A stretch of 64,000 bases of DNA from a virus (lineage: Duplodnaviria; Caudoviricetes). A program made the translations under genes and the position numbers. Positions within the stretch are counted from its first letter, which is position 1. Every line of letters begins with the position of its first letter. Positions 1-8,843 of the stretch are shown here, piece after piece. The DNA is taken from the IMG/VR virus record IMGVR_UViG_3300027985_000227, positions 1,470 through 65,469 of that record. One strand, 5' to 3'. The notes beneath the pieces were generated by a model. The model saw nothing but the letters and a program-made list of their open reading frames with translations. It did not search any database and was not told where the DNA came from.

Positions 1-26
1 GTATGGTTATGTGCGAGGTTTTATAA

Positions 27-221
27 ATGAGTGAGATTGAGCAACTAAAAACCCGTATTAATGACGCTGGACCAGCAGGTGTGTTGACTGCACATGTGCG
101 CGATGACTATGAACCAGCTGGAGACATGATGATGAACGGCCTTATGGAGTCTGGCGAGTACGTGCAACGTAAAGACGGCTATGAATGGAAGATTTACAAG
201 AAAGGAATGGAGCCGTACTAG
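27..221 (+). CDS. hypothetical early protein
   Basis: 64-aa ORF with GAGG RBS upstream. Confidence 0.6.
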   Translation: MSEIEQLKTRINDAGPAGVLTAHVRDDYEPAGDMMMNGLMESGEYVQRKDGYEWKIYKKGMEPY

Positions 222-287
222 CGCCATAATGCCGCATTCAGCGGCTAGTCCGCTGTAATGGCTGGTTAGGTTTTTTCGGAGATTGAT

Positions 288-674
288 ATGAGCGAAAAAA
301 TAGTAGGGCACAAAACGTACTGGAATGACGACGGCACACACCATCATGAGCCACTCACGGAGAGTGAGGCCGACGCACTATGTAAACAGGTAGAGGCAGA
401 GGATGAGCGCCGTAAGGAAGCTATACCGGACGAAGGGACAGCTCTCCAGATGATGATGGATTGCCACACGCGCCTGAGAGATATGGGGTGGAGAGAGCCA
501 CCTAAATTCACAATAAAGCAAGGCAAGTACAAGTTTAAGGTTATCTGTTTCGGCAGCACCGGGATTTTCGATGTTTCTTGCACTGTTGGTGATGACGGTA
601 AATTCGAGTGGTGGCACGAAAGTCATGGCGATATATGGCCGATCACCCCTTTGATGGTGAAGGACGTTACATAA
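288..674 (+). CDS. hypothetical phage protein
   Basis: 128-aa ORF with GGAGA RBS. Confidence 0.7.
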   Translation: MSEKIVGHKTYWNDDGTHHHEPLTESEADALCKQVEAEDERRKEAIPDEGTALQMMMDCHTRLRDMGWREPPKFTIKQGKYKFKVICFGSTGIFDVSCTVGDDGKFEWWHESHGDIWPITPLMVKDVT

Positions 675-728
675 ATCTAACTAGGATTATGCGACACATG
701 TTCGATCCATAGAGAAGTTAAGCTGAAA

Positions 729-962
729 ATGAAACCACGCATAATGGAACTTAGACAAGAGCGAACAGATTGGCCTAGATGTGAAGCTATGTTATCACTA
801 GTTACTCGTCAATTTTGGTTTGGTAGAGGTCGACCGTCTAATGAAGTTGGTAGTGATTATTGCCAAAACAATGCGCGATACAGAATAAATGGAAGGTTCT
901 TCTGCCGTAAACACGGCGCACTATATTTATTAGATTATATGCTTGGTAAAACTGGAGAGTAA
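729..962 (+). CDS. hypothetical Cys/His protein (possible Zn-binding)
   Basis: 77-aa ORF with C...C...CRKH pattern. Confidence 0.55.
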   Translation: MKPRIMELRQERTDWPRCEAMLSLVTRQFWFGRGRPSNEVGSDYCQNNARYRINGRFFCRKHGALYLLDYMLGKTGE

Positions 963-1248
963 CATGTAACAGACCACAACATACGTATGCGACGAATGCG
1001 GACACACTCAAGACCATCCTAGACAGATGATAGTGGCGTCGGTACGATACAGGTTCAAAGACTCGTATGCATCGTCACATGATAGCACACGTGATGTTGA
1101 CCTATGCCGTATGTGCGCAGAAAAGCATGGGCTTGTGCCACCCGTATTTCACAGAAATGAAGGAGTAATATTACAGCCTACTCCAACCGAGCAAATAGTG
1201 ATAGGTATTCAAGCCTTGATTCAAGAGTTAACAAATACGGAGTGAACC

Positions 1249-1494
1249 ATGGAAATGATCGTTGTAGAATACGTTGGGCCTGGGTTCGGTGAGATTGTGC
1301 CGAAAGTAGTTGGTATTTACTCTGACGTAGAGAAGGCCAAGAGGGAATGCATCAAAGCCATGGCAACCACCTACTGTAACAAAGACAAAGTGCCAGAGAT
1401 ATTCGACTCTACTATGGATGGCATGGAGTTCGATAACGGTGATGAGTTCAGATTCACACCGGTGGAGCTGGACAAAGAGATCGATCACCTTTAA
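1249..1494 (+). CDS. hypothetical protein
   Basis: 81-aa ORF, GGAG RBS, in a tightly packed + strand array. Confidence 0.6.
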   Translation: MEMIVVEYVGPGFGEIVPKVVGIYSDVEKAKRECIKAMATTYCNKDKVPEIFDSTMDGMEFDNGDEFRFTPVELDKEIDHL

Positions 1495-1506
1495 TACGAG
1501 CTCACT

Positions 1507-1695
1507 ATGGTAGACTATACTGAAGACACGTTACTTAATAATGTGGCCAGAGCCATATTCAGGAAGATGAAGCCTGTAAATATGGTTGAAAGAGATTGGG
1601 ATAGTGGAGCGATACTTGGTCGTGATGACGAGTATCGTAAGCAGATCATGAGGGCCGCGAAGGCCGCGTGCACGGAGTTCTTGAAATGGCGCTAG
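1507..1695 (+). CDS. hypothetical protein
   Basis: 62-aa ORF in the packed array. Confidence 0.5.
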   Translation: MVDYTEDTLLNNVARAIFRKMKPVNMVERDWDSGAILGRDDEYRKQIMRAAKAACTEFLKWR

Positions 1696-1886
1696 TTCAA
1701 TGGGAGCAAGATAAAATAGACATGTTTGTCGAACGTCTAGAGAGACAGATAATTACACAAGAGCGATATTTAGAGGAGCTAAAAATCAAGCATGAATTGG
1801 TTAAAAACTGTAACCATGACAATCGTGTTGTGAATGAAAGATCCGCCGAATGCACAACCTGTGGTTACAGGTGGTATTACAAATGA
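1668..1886 (+). CDS. hypothetical coiled-coil/Zn-ribbon protein (start probably ATG 1686)
   Basis: CNH...CTTCG C-terminal motif; GGAG before ATG 1686. Confidence 0.5.
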   Translation: MHGVLEMALVQWEQDKIDMFVERLERQIITQERYLEELKIKHELVKNCNHDNRVVNERSAECTTCGYRWYYK

Positions 1887-2308
1887 CATTCAAACGCCTA
1901 TACAGATACGATACTTCATACCACTATAAAGGTGGTTTAGAGTTGATGTTGACCACGTATATAGCTGTGAAAGATACACCATGTGGATGGTGGGTCGTAG
2001 AAGAAGGCTGTGAAATGTACTTCAAAGATGGGTTTGACGCAGCTATTGAAGAAAACCCATGGCTAAAGAAGGCAATGCGATGGGTATCGACCGAAGGCCG
2101 TAAGAAGTGGTGCTACGCAGATATAGATGAGGCATGGAGGTCGTACTGCATAAGACGTGATAAACGTATTGGTCATGCAATGCGTGAGTTAAAGGTTGCG
2201 TTGAGATCCAAAGACTTCGTTCAGTCAGACGCACATACTGGTGCTATTCTGCATATTGAGCAAGCTCTATTATCCCACCGTTTACTCCCAGTTAGACTTG
2301 ATGTATAG
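1850..2308 (+). CDS. hypothetical protein (start probably ATG 1883)
   Basis: ORF overlapping the previous stop via ATGA. Confidence 0.6.
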   Translation: MHNLWLQVVLQMTFKRLYRYDTSYHYKGGLELMLTTYIAVKDTPCGWWVVEEGCEMYFKDGFDAAIEENPWLKKAMRWVSTEGRKKWCYADIDEAWRSYCIRRDKRIGHAMRELKVALRSKDFVQSDAHTGAILHIEQALLSHRLLPVRLDV

Positions 2309-2334
2309 TATATGTAGTTAAAGAGGAGACTACA

Positions 2335-2649
2335 ATGCCAGGCGCACAACGTCAACAGCCAATCGAGTACAAGTACTATACTGTTCAGCAATATGTGGAC
2401 GCTGGTTGTATGCAGATGGACGAACTGCTTTTAGGACTAGTGATTTACCGTCTTACAAAAGGCATAATGTGCAAGGGATGTCCAAAAGCGGATCAAAATT
2501 GTGCAGCTTTGTTCATCTTACGCAGAGAAGAAATGGTGAAGCCGCGTGCTGTTACACCGTCTGAAACTGTGCGCGATGAGGCGAGGCGCCGAGGTGTATC
2601 AATCAAACAAGTACGTCGTGAGCGCAGGGACATAGCTAACGGAGAATGA
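2335..2649 (+). CDS. hypothetical protein
   Basis: 104-aa ORF, strong GAGGAGACTAC RBS, promoter-like motif upstream. Confidence 0.65.
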   Translation: MPGAQRQQPIEYKYYTVQQYVDAGCMQMDELLLGLVIYRLTKGIMCKGCPKADQNCAALFILRREEMVKPRAVTPSETVRDEARRRGVSIKQVRRERRDIANGE

Positions 2650-2650
2650 T

Positions 2651-2875
2651 ATGGCCTCTGTAACGATTCCAGGCTGGAAGTCTTTCATGTATGAAGAAGT
2701 ATGGGAGATAACAGCAATGAAGGATCAATGCGTATTCAAGACTAAGCGTACTGGTAAGTACATCAGTTCACAAGATGTGCGTAATGGTTTACTACCTGAA
2801 GGATACGTGTCAACTTCAATAAGTACAAAAATGACTGTTCAAGATGAGTTGACACTTGAATTGTTTGAGGTGTGA
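2651..2875 (+). CDS. hypothetical protein
   Basis: 74-aa ORF, GGAGA RBS. Confidence 0.55.
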   Translation: MASVTIPGWKSFMYEEVWEITAMKDQCVFKTKRTGKYISSQDVRNGLLPEGYVSTSISTKMTVQDELTLELFEV

Positions 2876-3253
2876 CGTGGTTGACAATATACAAGATTTA
2901 TGTACATACTGCAGGATAAATGGCTGTCAATACGATACAATAGACAAATTGCTAGATGAGAAGTATGATCAAATAAGTGATCTACTTGATGTTATTCGTT
3001 CTATATACGCTATAGCCGGTGAAGATCCGGCAGTAAATAGGTTGTGCAACAAAATTCTTGAGGATTCACGTTTTGCAACAATATTGTGAGAAATACGTAT
3101 GAGCTCCACAGTAAAAGATTTAAAAGAGGTTCTTGATCAGTATGAAGATGATCATGAGGTCGAGTTTCTGGTAGTAGACACCAAAGGTGAGCTTATTGCA
3201 ATTGACCTTGAGAAGACTGTAAAGGGACTAAAAAGATTGCTGGAGAATTTTGT

Positions 3254-3544
3254 ATGAGATACTATCTTGTAGAAACTGCACTCAGACATGAGAAGAATGT
3301 AGCTGTAGTTACGCCTGATGGACGTTTAATAGAGTTCAGTGGACCTAGAAACGAGTCTCCTGCTTCATTCTTACTAGAAACAGTTGGTGAGATTATACGC
3401 GGCGTTAAGTATACGTGTTCACTAGAAGTGGTGGATTTAGACACCTTAATTGTAAAAACCATCATATGTGTAGACATAAGTTTCTACATTCCTGACGTAA
3501 CATTTGAGGTTACTAATGTCATCATTAACGCGCAATCAGAGTAG
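3254..3544 (+). CDS. hypothetical protein
   Basis: 96-aa ORF, CTGGAGA RBS. Confidence 0.55.
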   Translation: MRYYLVETALRHEKNVAVVTPDGRLIEFSGPRNESPASFLLETVGEIIRGVKYTCSLEVVDLDTLIVKTIICVDISFYIPDVTFEVTNVIINAQSE

Positions 3545-3746
3545 TTTGTACAGAGTAAACTTCAAGGACGTAGGACTGATGTACTCAATACTTATACCAC
3601 CTGGTGTGTCCATAGACATGATAGTCAATGGGTTTTGGGTGAATAAGAGTAATGAGTTCACACTTGGCGCAGACGCACACATGTATGTGATGCCTCACCA
3701 TATAGCAAGGATAGTAAAAGTATGAGATTTATAGCTAAAGACTGGG

Positions 3747-3944
3747 TTGATGAGGACTAAAATGCATAAACCATTAAATCTCAGTGAGTCTATTGTTATG
3801 CGTGTACCAGAACAGCGCAGATACCACAATGCGTCAAACATCAAGTGGGCGCTGAATAATTTACAACTATCTCCACTTGAGCGAAAAGAATGCATAGCCG
3901 CTTACAGAGCTGAACTTGATCGTATAGGAAGACTGGACAAATGA
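3747..3944 (+). CDS. hypothetical protein
   Basis: 65-aa ORF; GAGG RBS before ATG 3762. Confidence 0.5.
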   Translation: MMRTKMHKPLNLSESIVMRVPEQRRYHNASNIKWALNNLQLSPLERKECIAAYRAELDRIGRLDK

Positions 3945-4126
3945 CCATATACACGCAGATATTCTTAACCAATTGGATTGTGTTAATAACGCTTATTGCA
4001 TTAGATGCAACTGTGTTTGAAGATTACATAGAGAATACGCCTGTATTGGACGCTATAGTAAATGTATGGGCAGCCATAAGTCTTGTATGCATACCACTAT
4101 GGTGTGTATACGCTATATGGAGTTAA
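3941..4126 (+). CDS. small membrane protein with two predicted TM helices
   Basis: two hydrophobic stretches in 61 aa; ATGA overlap with the upstream gene. Confidence 0.55.
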   Translation: MTIYTQIFLTNWIVLITLIALDATVFEDYIENTPVLDAIVNVWAAISLVCIPLWCVYAIWS

Positions 4127-4210
4127 AATACGACAAACTGACGCTCCAGCTATTCTCCTTATATAATAAGTAGTATAGTTACGTTGTAGAAATAAAACCG
4201 GTGGAATAAT

Positions 4211-4396
4211 ATGCCCAAGCATTGTGATAGCTGCCCGCATCTGGTAGGTGATATTGATCAAAGGGACTGTGCTTTCCCTGAATGCACATCAGACGAAGGC
4301 CTGGAGGATACTGTGTACTTTGAGTTGTGCTTTCCAGAGCCAAATTGGGATACTGTATTCATGTTATTAGGCGAGTTACACGCTAGGAATTTTTAA
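4211..4396 (+). CDS. hypothetical Cys-rich acidic protein
   Basis: 61-aa ORF directly after a copy of the phage promoter motif. Confidence 0.5.
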   Translation: MPKHCDSCPHLVGDIDQRDCAFPECTSDEGLEDTVYFELCFPEPNWDTVFMLLGELHARNF

Positions 4397-4470
4397 AGTC
4401 GTATAATTCCCCAGGTTTACTCCTTATATAACAGGTGGTATAGTATACCATAGTTGAGCTGGAGACTACA

Positions 4471-5013
4471 ATGCAAAAGTTTACCAATAATGACAGATAC
4501 CTGTGGCTTCGTCGCAATATCGGTCGTCTGATCATTGAAACAGGTACTGACCACAATTCTGGTGAGGTTATATGCTACAAGCTGACTTCCAATAACCAGC
4601 TGACCACTCCAATTCCATCCACGTTTGATTCTGTGGTCGATAAAGCCATGGAAACAGATGGGTATACTCCAGGGTATAGCAATGGCCGAGGTGCCGCTGA
4701 CCAACCATCTGATGTTGAGACGTATGAATTGACAGTGCATCCTTTGGAAATAGCTGTAGATCTTCACAATATAATAAACGCAGAAGGATTCGGAAATAAA
4801 GATCCGTTTTCTGAGGAGGTTCTGAAAGATACGTACAACCAACTGTGCACAATATTTGCAGCCTACAACGCAGTATATTATCAAAGATCAGGTAATATGT
4901 TCGGCGTGTATGAGCGCAGTATTGAGGGCGTATTCGATGAGCTGTCAAATAGCTTACGCAAAGCCTTGTTGCACATTGAGGATACGTTAAGAGCAAGCAA
5001 AGATGAGCAGTGA
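4471..5013 (+). CDS. hypothetical protein
   Basis: 180-aa ORF, CTGGAGACTAC RBS, promoter motif at 4411-4448. Confidence 0.7.
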   Translation: MQKFTNNDRYLWLRRNIGRLIIETGTDHNSGEVICYKLTSNNQLTTPIPSTFDSVVDKAMETDGYTPGYSNGRGAADQPSDVETYELTVHPLEIAVDLHNIINAEGFGNKDPFSEEVLKDTYNQLCTIFAAYNAVYYQRSGNMFGVYERSIEGVFDELSNSLRKALLHIEDTLRASKDEQ

Positions 5014-5357
5014 TCATATTTCTGAAATTGACTTTGGAAAGTTGAGAGATTTTTAACCCAATACGAAGGTATTGGTTTTGGCAAGAATGATACGCAAAAT
5101 GCGCGTAAAATTCAGTCAACCAAGAAGGTAAAGTACGCCGTAAAGGCTACTTCTGTTGTCGTAAATATCGTTATTAACTGGAGATCGATATGTATATCAA
5201 GCTTTTCATCAATGAGAATGAATATCGCAACATCGACAGTGCGCACAGTCTAAAGGCTGCTACGTCGATCGTGAAGAGTCTTTTGCCTGACAGCATGCAC
5301 AAGTTCGCTGCTGGCATCGCACTGGACATTCGTAACCAGGAGGCGTAACAGTAACTG

Positions 5358-5475
5358 GAGGCAGTAGTTCAATGGTTAGAACGCATCTTTCGTCACGGCG
5401 CCAGTGAAGAGATGAAACGCAGACATAAGGGATTCTAGATAACTTGTTCGGTTCAATTCCGGCCTGCCTCTATCA
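5358..5475 (+). ncRNA. aberrant tRNA-like RNA
   Basis: acceptor stem GAGGCAG/CTGCCTC, D arm GTTC-AATGGTTA-GAAC, T loop TTCAATT; anticodon loop replaced by a hairpin; ~30-nt variable region. Confidence 0.6.
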
Positions 5476-5545
5476 TATATGGTGAATACACGTGGTTGTT
5501 GATTTTGTTGCTAATGATTATTTTGATAGTAATAGCAAAAAGGTA

Positions 5546-5656
5546 AGGTTTTATTATTTGCCCCTCTGCGCTCAGGCAGCAGCAATATATACTGAGATGT
5601 ATTGTGGTGAGAACAGCTATCCTCATCTGCTGGCAGAGGGGCAAATAATAAGACTT
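5546..5656 (+). ncRNA. putative structured RNA closed by a 19-24 bp stem
   Basis: TTATTATTTGCCCCTCTGC/GCAGAGGGGCAAATAATAA perfect inverted repeat enclosing internal hairpins. Confidence 0.5.
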
Positions 5657-5658
5657 TA

Positions 5659-5735
5659 GTGGGTGTAGCGCAGTTTGGTAGCGCACCTGGTTTGGGACCA
5701 GGATGTCGAGGGTTCAAGTCCCTCCGCCCGCACCA
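5659..5735 (+). tRNA. tRNA-Pro(UGG)
   Basis: cloverleaf; anticodon arm CCTGG-TTTGGGA-CCAGG; encoded CCA. Confidence 0.93.
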
Positions 5736-5736
5736 G

Positions 5737-5831
5737 TTTGGACTAGGTTAGTAAGACGGTTGGCCCTATCTCCTCAGGGTATTTGGAGCGGTTGCCAGTG
5801 CCGTAGACCGTCGCCATTGGTATAGTCCAAA
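5737..5831 (+). ncRNA. putative structured RNA
   Basis: closing stem TTTGGACTA/TAGTCCAAA with inner GACGGT/ACCGTC. Confidence 0.4.
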
Positions 5832-5834
5832 ATA

Positions 5835-5972
5835 GAGGTTACTGTCTATGCGGACAGTCAGAACGACAGGTGAGTATTTCCAGCAGACGCGGATGAAATA
5901 GCCCGCCCAAGAGCGAGAAGCGCACTGACTGGAAAAGGTAGCTGAATCAACAGTGGCGAAGCCTGTGACCTC
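5835..5972 (+). ncRNA. putative multi-branch structured RNA
   Basis: GAGGTTAC/GTGACCTC closing stem; internal ACTGTC/GACAGT, TTTCCAG/CTGGAAA, GCGG/CCGC pairings. Confidence 0.45.
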
Positions 5973-5984
5973 CCCAATTTATTA

Positions 5985-6029
5985 TGGCAAAGGTAGTTCC
6001 TATAAATCTTTGGCGATATACTACCCGCC
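5985..6029 (+). ncRNA. Y-RNA-like bulged-stem motif, copy 1
   Basis: GGC-AAA-GGTAGT-TCCTAT...ACTACC-C-GCC. Confidence 0.65.
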
Positions 6030-6075
6030 TACTAAGCGCGCTCTACGCCGTTGTCGAATGGATTAGAGCTTGTAT

Positions 6076-6123
6076 TGGCTAAATAGGTTCCTATATACAC
6101 TTCTAACTGTATACCTATCGCTA
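6076..6123 (+). ncRNA. Y-RNA-like bulged-stem motif, copy 2
   Basis: TGGC-TAA-ATAGGT-TCCTAT...ACCTAT-C-GCTA, ending just before the RBS of the 6138 gene. Confidence 0.65.
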
Positions 6124-6137
6124 CATTGGAGATTATT

Positions 6138-7931
6138 GTGAAAGACATAGTTTATGCGACTTTAGATCTGTTTAATGGAGTTCCAGCTCTAGCTGACGCC
6201 GAACAAGAACATTCTATCAACACAGAGTTCGGTCTTGTAATAGACCGTGATGCCAGATGGTTAGAAAGTAACATAGAGGACTATGCACGCTATAAACAAT
6301 CTACTGGGTATGATTTAAATCGTACGTTCCATAAGTCTTGGGCTAAAATAGCTTCAATGAGTGACCGGGAGCGTATAACTCACCAGATCATTCATTACGC
6401 ATCCACATACGGTACTAATTTCGAAGGTAATACGTATTTACCAGATGAGGTTTTACGTATACCCAATTACGATTTGACGTTTAAAGTTATTCACGCATAC
6501 GATGAAGACGCACTGATAAAAAAGTGCTTGGATATACTAATCAGCGGAATAGCTTTAAAAGATGAAACAATACACAGTATCTTTTTGGTTCTTAAGTATT
6601 GTAACTACATCTTTACAGGTAAAGAAGGGATTCGTAACCGTGAAGCGTTGATGCATATTGCAGACAACTTCGGTCCGTGTATTTTAAAACCAGAAGAGTT
6701 AGTCCGTTACTTGGTGTTCAAGTCGACTGGTTCTACGTTGCTCATTAAGAACATGAGTACGTATCAGGCTATAGCCAAAAGTGCGTTCAATCCACGTGAC
6801 GTCCTTTTAGCGTATGGTTTAACCAAGATTTCATGTGTGTTCAACAGATATAAGCCTATCTTTATGGCGCTTAAGAGCAAATGTCGTACTGAGATAAACT
6901 ATATCTCCAAAGCCAGTAAAACGAATCATGTACCAGTGACCGAAAACCCATTAAATAAGGTCACTACCACTATTCTGACCGAGTCAGAGATGCCTTGGTT
7001 GGAAAACGCCACAGTGTTTGCCATATTCAGAGCTATGCACGCGTGCAATACACGTATGCGCGGTCAAAATACGTTCGTATATAAGGTACGTAATGGTAAG
7101 TCATTTGCCAAATTTAACCCTGTTAATAAGGTGAGTGACATTGTGTGTCAACACAACTATATTGTGCTAACGAAGTTCTTGAAGGCCAAATTTGATATGA
7201 CCAAAAGCGTGTTCTTACCAAAAGACATTCTTTTTGGTTTACCTACGTCCGAGAAGCAGTTCATTGGAAACGTTCCAATTGGTACCAAAATTATTGGTGA
7301 TTCGTTGGCAGTAGGTGTGTACTGGAGAAATGATTGGGGCGCTAGAGACATTGATCTGTCAGGAATGAGCATAAGTGGTAAAGTTGGCTGGAACGCTTCA
7401 TATAGACAACATGGATATATTAAGGACGAGTATGGCTTAATGTATTCCGGCGATATTACCAATGCTCCAAATGGTGCAGTAGAGTACTTGTGGGCTGGTA
7501 AGTACGTCGATAATTCACTCGTACAGACAAACATATTTAGTGGTAAAGATACGTGTAAATATCGTATCATTGTAGGTGATGCTGACAATATAAATCGTGA
7601 TTACATGATGAATCCAAATAACCTTAAATTCTATGTCGAAACAAACAGTGTACAGAAGCAGACAATTTTAGGTATGATAATGCCATATGATGGCAGAGTA
7701 GCGTTTGTTTTGTTTAATACAGGTTCTGGGCAGTTACGTGTAAGCGGTGGAAAGAACACACATCTCTTCCGTGAGGCGTTGATCCAAGAGTGGACTAACA
7801 ATATCACACTTAATGACGTGTTGTACTCTATGGGAGTGACTATAGTAGAGTCGCCAGAAGAAGCTGATATAGATTTATCGATTGAAGCTCTTCAAAAAGA
7901 CACGTTCATCTCGATGTTTGAGGTGAAGTAG
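6138..7931 (+). CDS. large protein: helical N-terminal region plus TerD-like C-terminal domain (putative Ro/TROVE-related RNA-binding protein)
   Basis: GGAGA RBS then GTG at 6138; C-terminal VGVYW..DIDLS..YSGDITNAPNGAVEYL resembles TerD-type motifs; flanked by Y-like RNA motifs. Confidence 0.55.
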   Translation: MKDIVYATLDLFNGVPALADAEQEHSINTEFGLVIDRDARWLESNIEDYARYKQSTGYDLNRTFHKSWAKIASMSDRERITHQIIHYASTYGTNFEGNTYLPDEVLRIPNYDLTFKVIHAYDEDALIKKCLDILISGIALKDETIHSIFLVLKYCNYIFTGKEGIRNREALMHIADNFGPCILKPEELVRYLVFKSTGSTLLIKNMSTYQAIAKSAFNPRDVLLAYGLTKISCVFNRYKPIFMALKSKCRTEINYISKASKTNHVPVTENPLNKVTTTILTESEMPWLENATVFAIFRAMHACNTRMRGQNTFVYKVRNGKSFAKFNPVNKVSDIVCQHNYIVLTKFLKAKFDMTKSVFLPKDILFGLPTSEKQFIGNVPIGTKIIGDSLAVGVYWRNDWGARDIDLSGMSISGKVGWNASYRQHGYIKDEYGLMYSGDITNAPNGAVEYLWAGKYVDNSLVQTNIFSGKDTCKYRIIVGDADNINRDYMMNPNNLKFYVETNSVQKQTILGMIMPYDGRVAFVLFNTGSGQLRVSGGKNTHLFREALIQEWTNNITLNDVLYSMGVTIVESPEEADIDLSIEALQKDTFISMFEVK

Positions 7932-7963
7932 TAAATCTTTATTAACGTAAATGAGGTAAGGCC

Positions 7964-8158
7964 ATGAGTGTTACACCAGTATTGGATATGAATTCTGTAC
8001 GACAAGAAGTGGAAAAAGAGCTGAATGATGAAAGAGTATCTGAAGCCAAGAAAAAGCTAAAGTCTAAGCTAAAGGAGTTACAAGCAGCAAAGAAGCTGGT
8101 AACCAATATCGAACGCGAGCTGTCAGAGCTCGAACACGAGCTTAGTGTTGGCCTTTGA
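7964..8158 (+). CDS. small coiled-coil protein
   Basis: heptad-rich 64-aa ORF, GAGGT RBS. Confidence 0.7.
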   Translation: MSVTPVLDMNSVRQEVEKELNDERVSEAKKKLKSKLKELQAAKKLVTNIERELSELEHELSVGL

Positions 8159-8708
8159 TAGACACAACAGGTCTTTACTCGACAGTGATGTACGAGTAAT
8201 AGCTGGGCCATTTGAGTCTACTATAGGTAGAATGCTGCATTTTGGTTGGAATTTTGATGTATCTGTGGACCAGATATCATTTGGAGATATGCTGTTATGT
8301 GGTCGTAACTATAAATCTAACACTGTTTTTCAGTGCTTGATCAATAACTACAGGTATGCGCACATACGAGATTTTCGTGTTATGTACGTGCCGGCTGATA
8401 CGGTTTTATCAGTGGAGATCAGTAGATCTACATACATACCACCAATAGCGCTACACAGTGCGCATGTTGGTAAGCTAGTCATGGGTCCGGCTGGACGCGA
8501 AGATATGATCATATACGAGGCGGGTGTTAAGAATGAAGAGCCAAGTGAGATCATAGTAATGCCTGAAGATATTCCAGGATTACTGGATAAAATACTTAAG
8601 GCTCAAGAGCCGAAGGCCAAAGAGATTCTGAAAAACGAGCGTCGTCGAAGTGAGATGTCTGAGCTTAAGTTAAAAGCTAAGATTCTGACTTTCGACAAAA
8701 CGGGTTAG
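8145..8708 (+). CDS. hypothetical protein
   Basis: 187-aa ORF overlapping the previous gene; ends immediately before RNA motif copy 3. Confidence 0.7.
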   Translation: MLAFDRHNRSLLDSDVRVIAGPFESTIGRMLHFGWNFDVSVDQISFGDMLLCGRNYKSNTVFQCLINNYRYAHIRDFRVMYVPADTVLSVEISRSTYIPPIALHSAHVGKLVMGPAGREDMIIYEAGVKNEEPSEIIVMPEDIPGLLDKILKAQEPKAKEILKNERRRSEMSELKLKAKILTFDKTG

Positions 8709-8709
8709 T

Positions 8710-8835
8710 GTGGACAAAAGAGGTTCCTATCTACTTAATAATCTGCTGGTTACTGGTTCGAATCCAGTCTGAACACCGAAGGTGATTCAGTAGCTCAATT
8801 GGTAGAGCAGCAGAATGTATCTACCTCTCGTCCAC
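8710..8835 (+). ncRNA. YrlA-like RNA: bulged-stem motif copy 3 carrying a circularly permuted tRNA domain
   Basis: GTGGAC-AAA-AGAGGT-TCCTAT...ACCTCT-C-GTCCAC; inside, the T arm precedes a capped acceptor stem and then the D arm. Confidence 0.8.
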
Positions 8836-8843
8836 CATTATTA

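Noticed and set aside
5476-5546. Hydrophobic mini-peptide (YGEYTWLLILLLMIILIVIAKR)
   Set aside because: No convincing in-frame start codon with an RBS; may be a remnant.
5453-5717. Minus-strand ORFs over the RNA cluster
   Set aside because: They are antisense translations of tRNA-Pro and adjacent hairpins.
8742-8814. Ordinary tRNA or tRNA pseudogene
   Set aside because: The arms are in permuted order with intact pairing and a sealed acceptor stem inside a conserved outer stem, which is inconsistent with simple decay.
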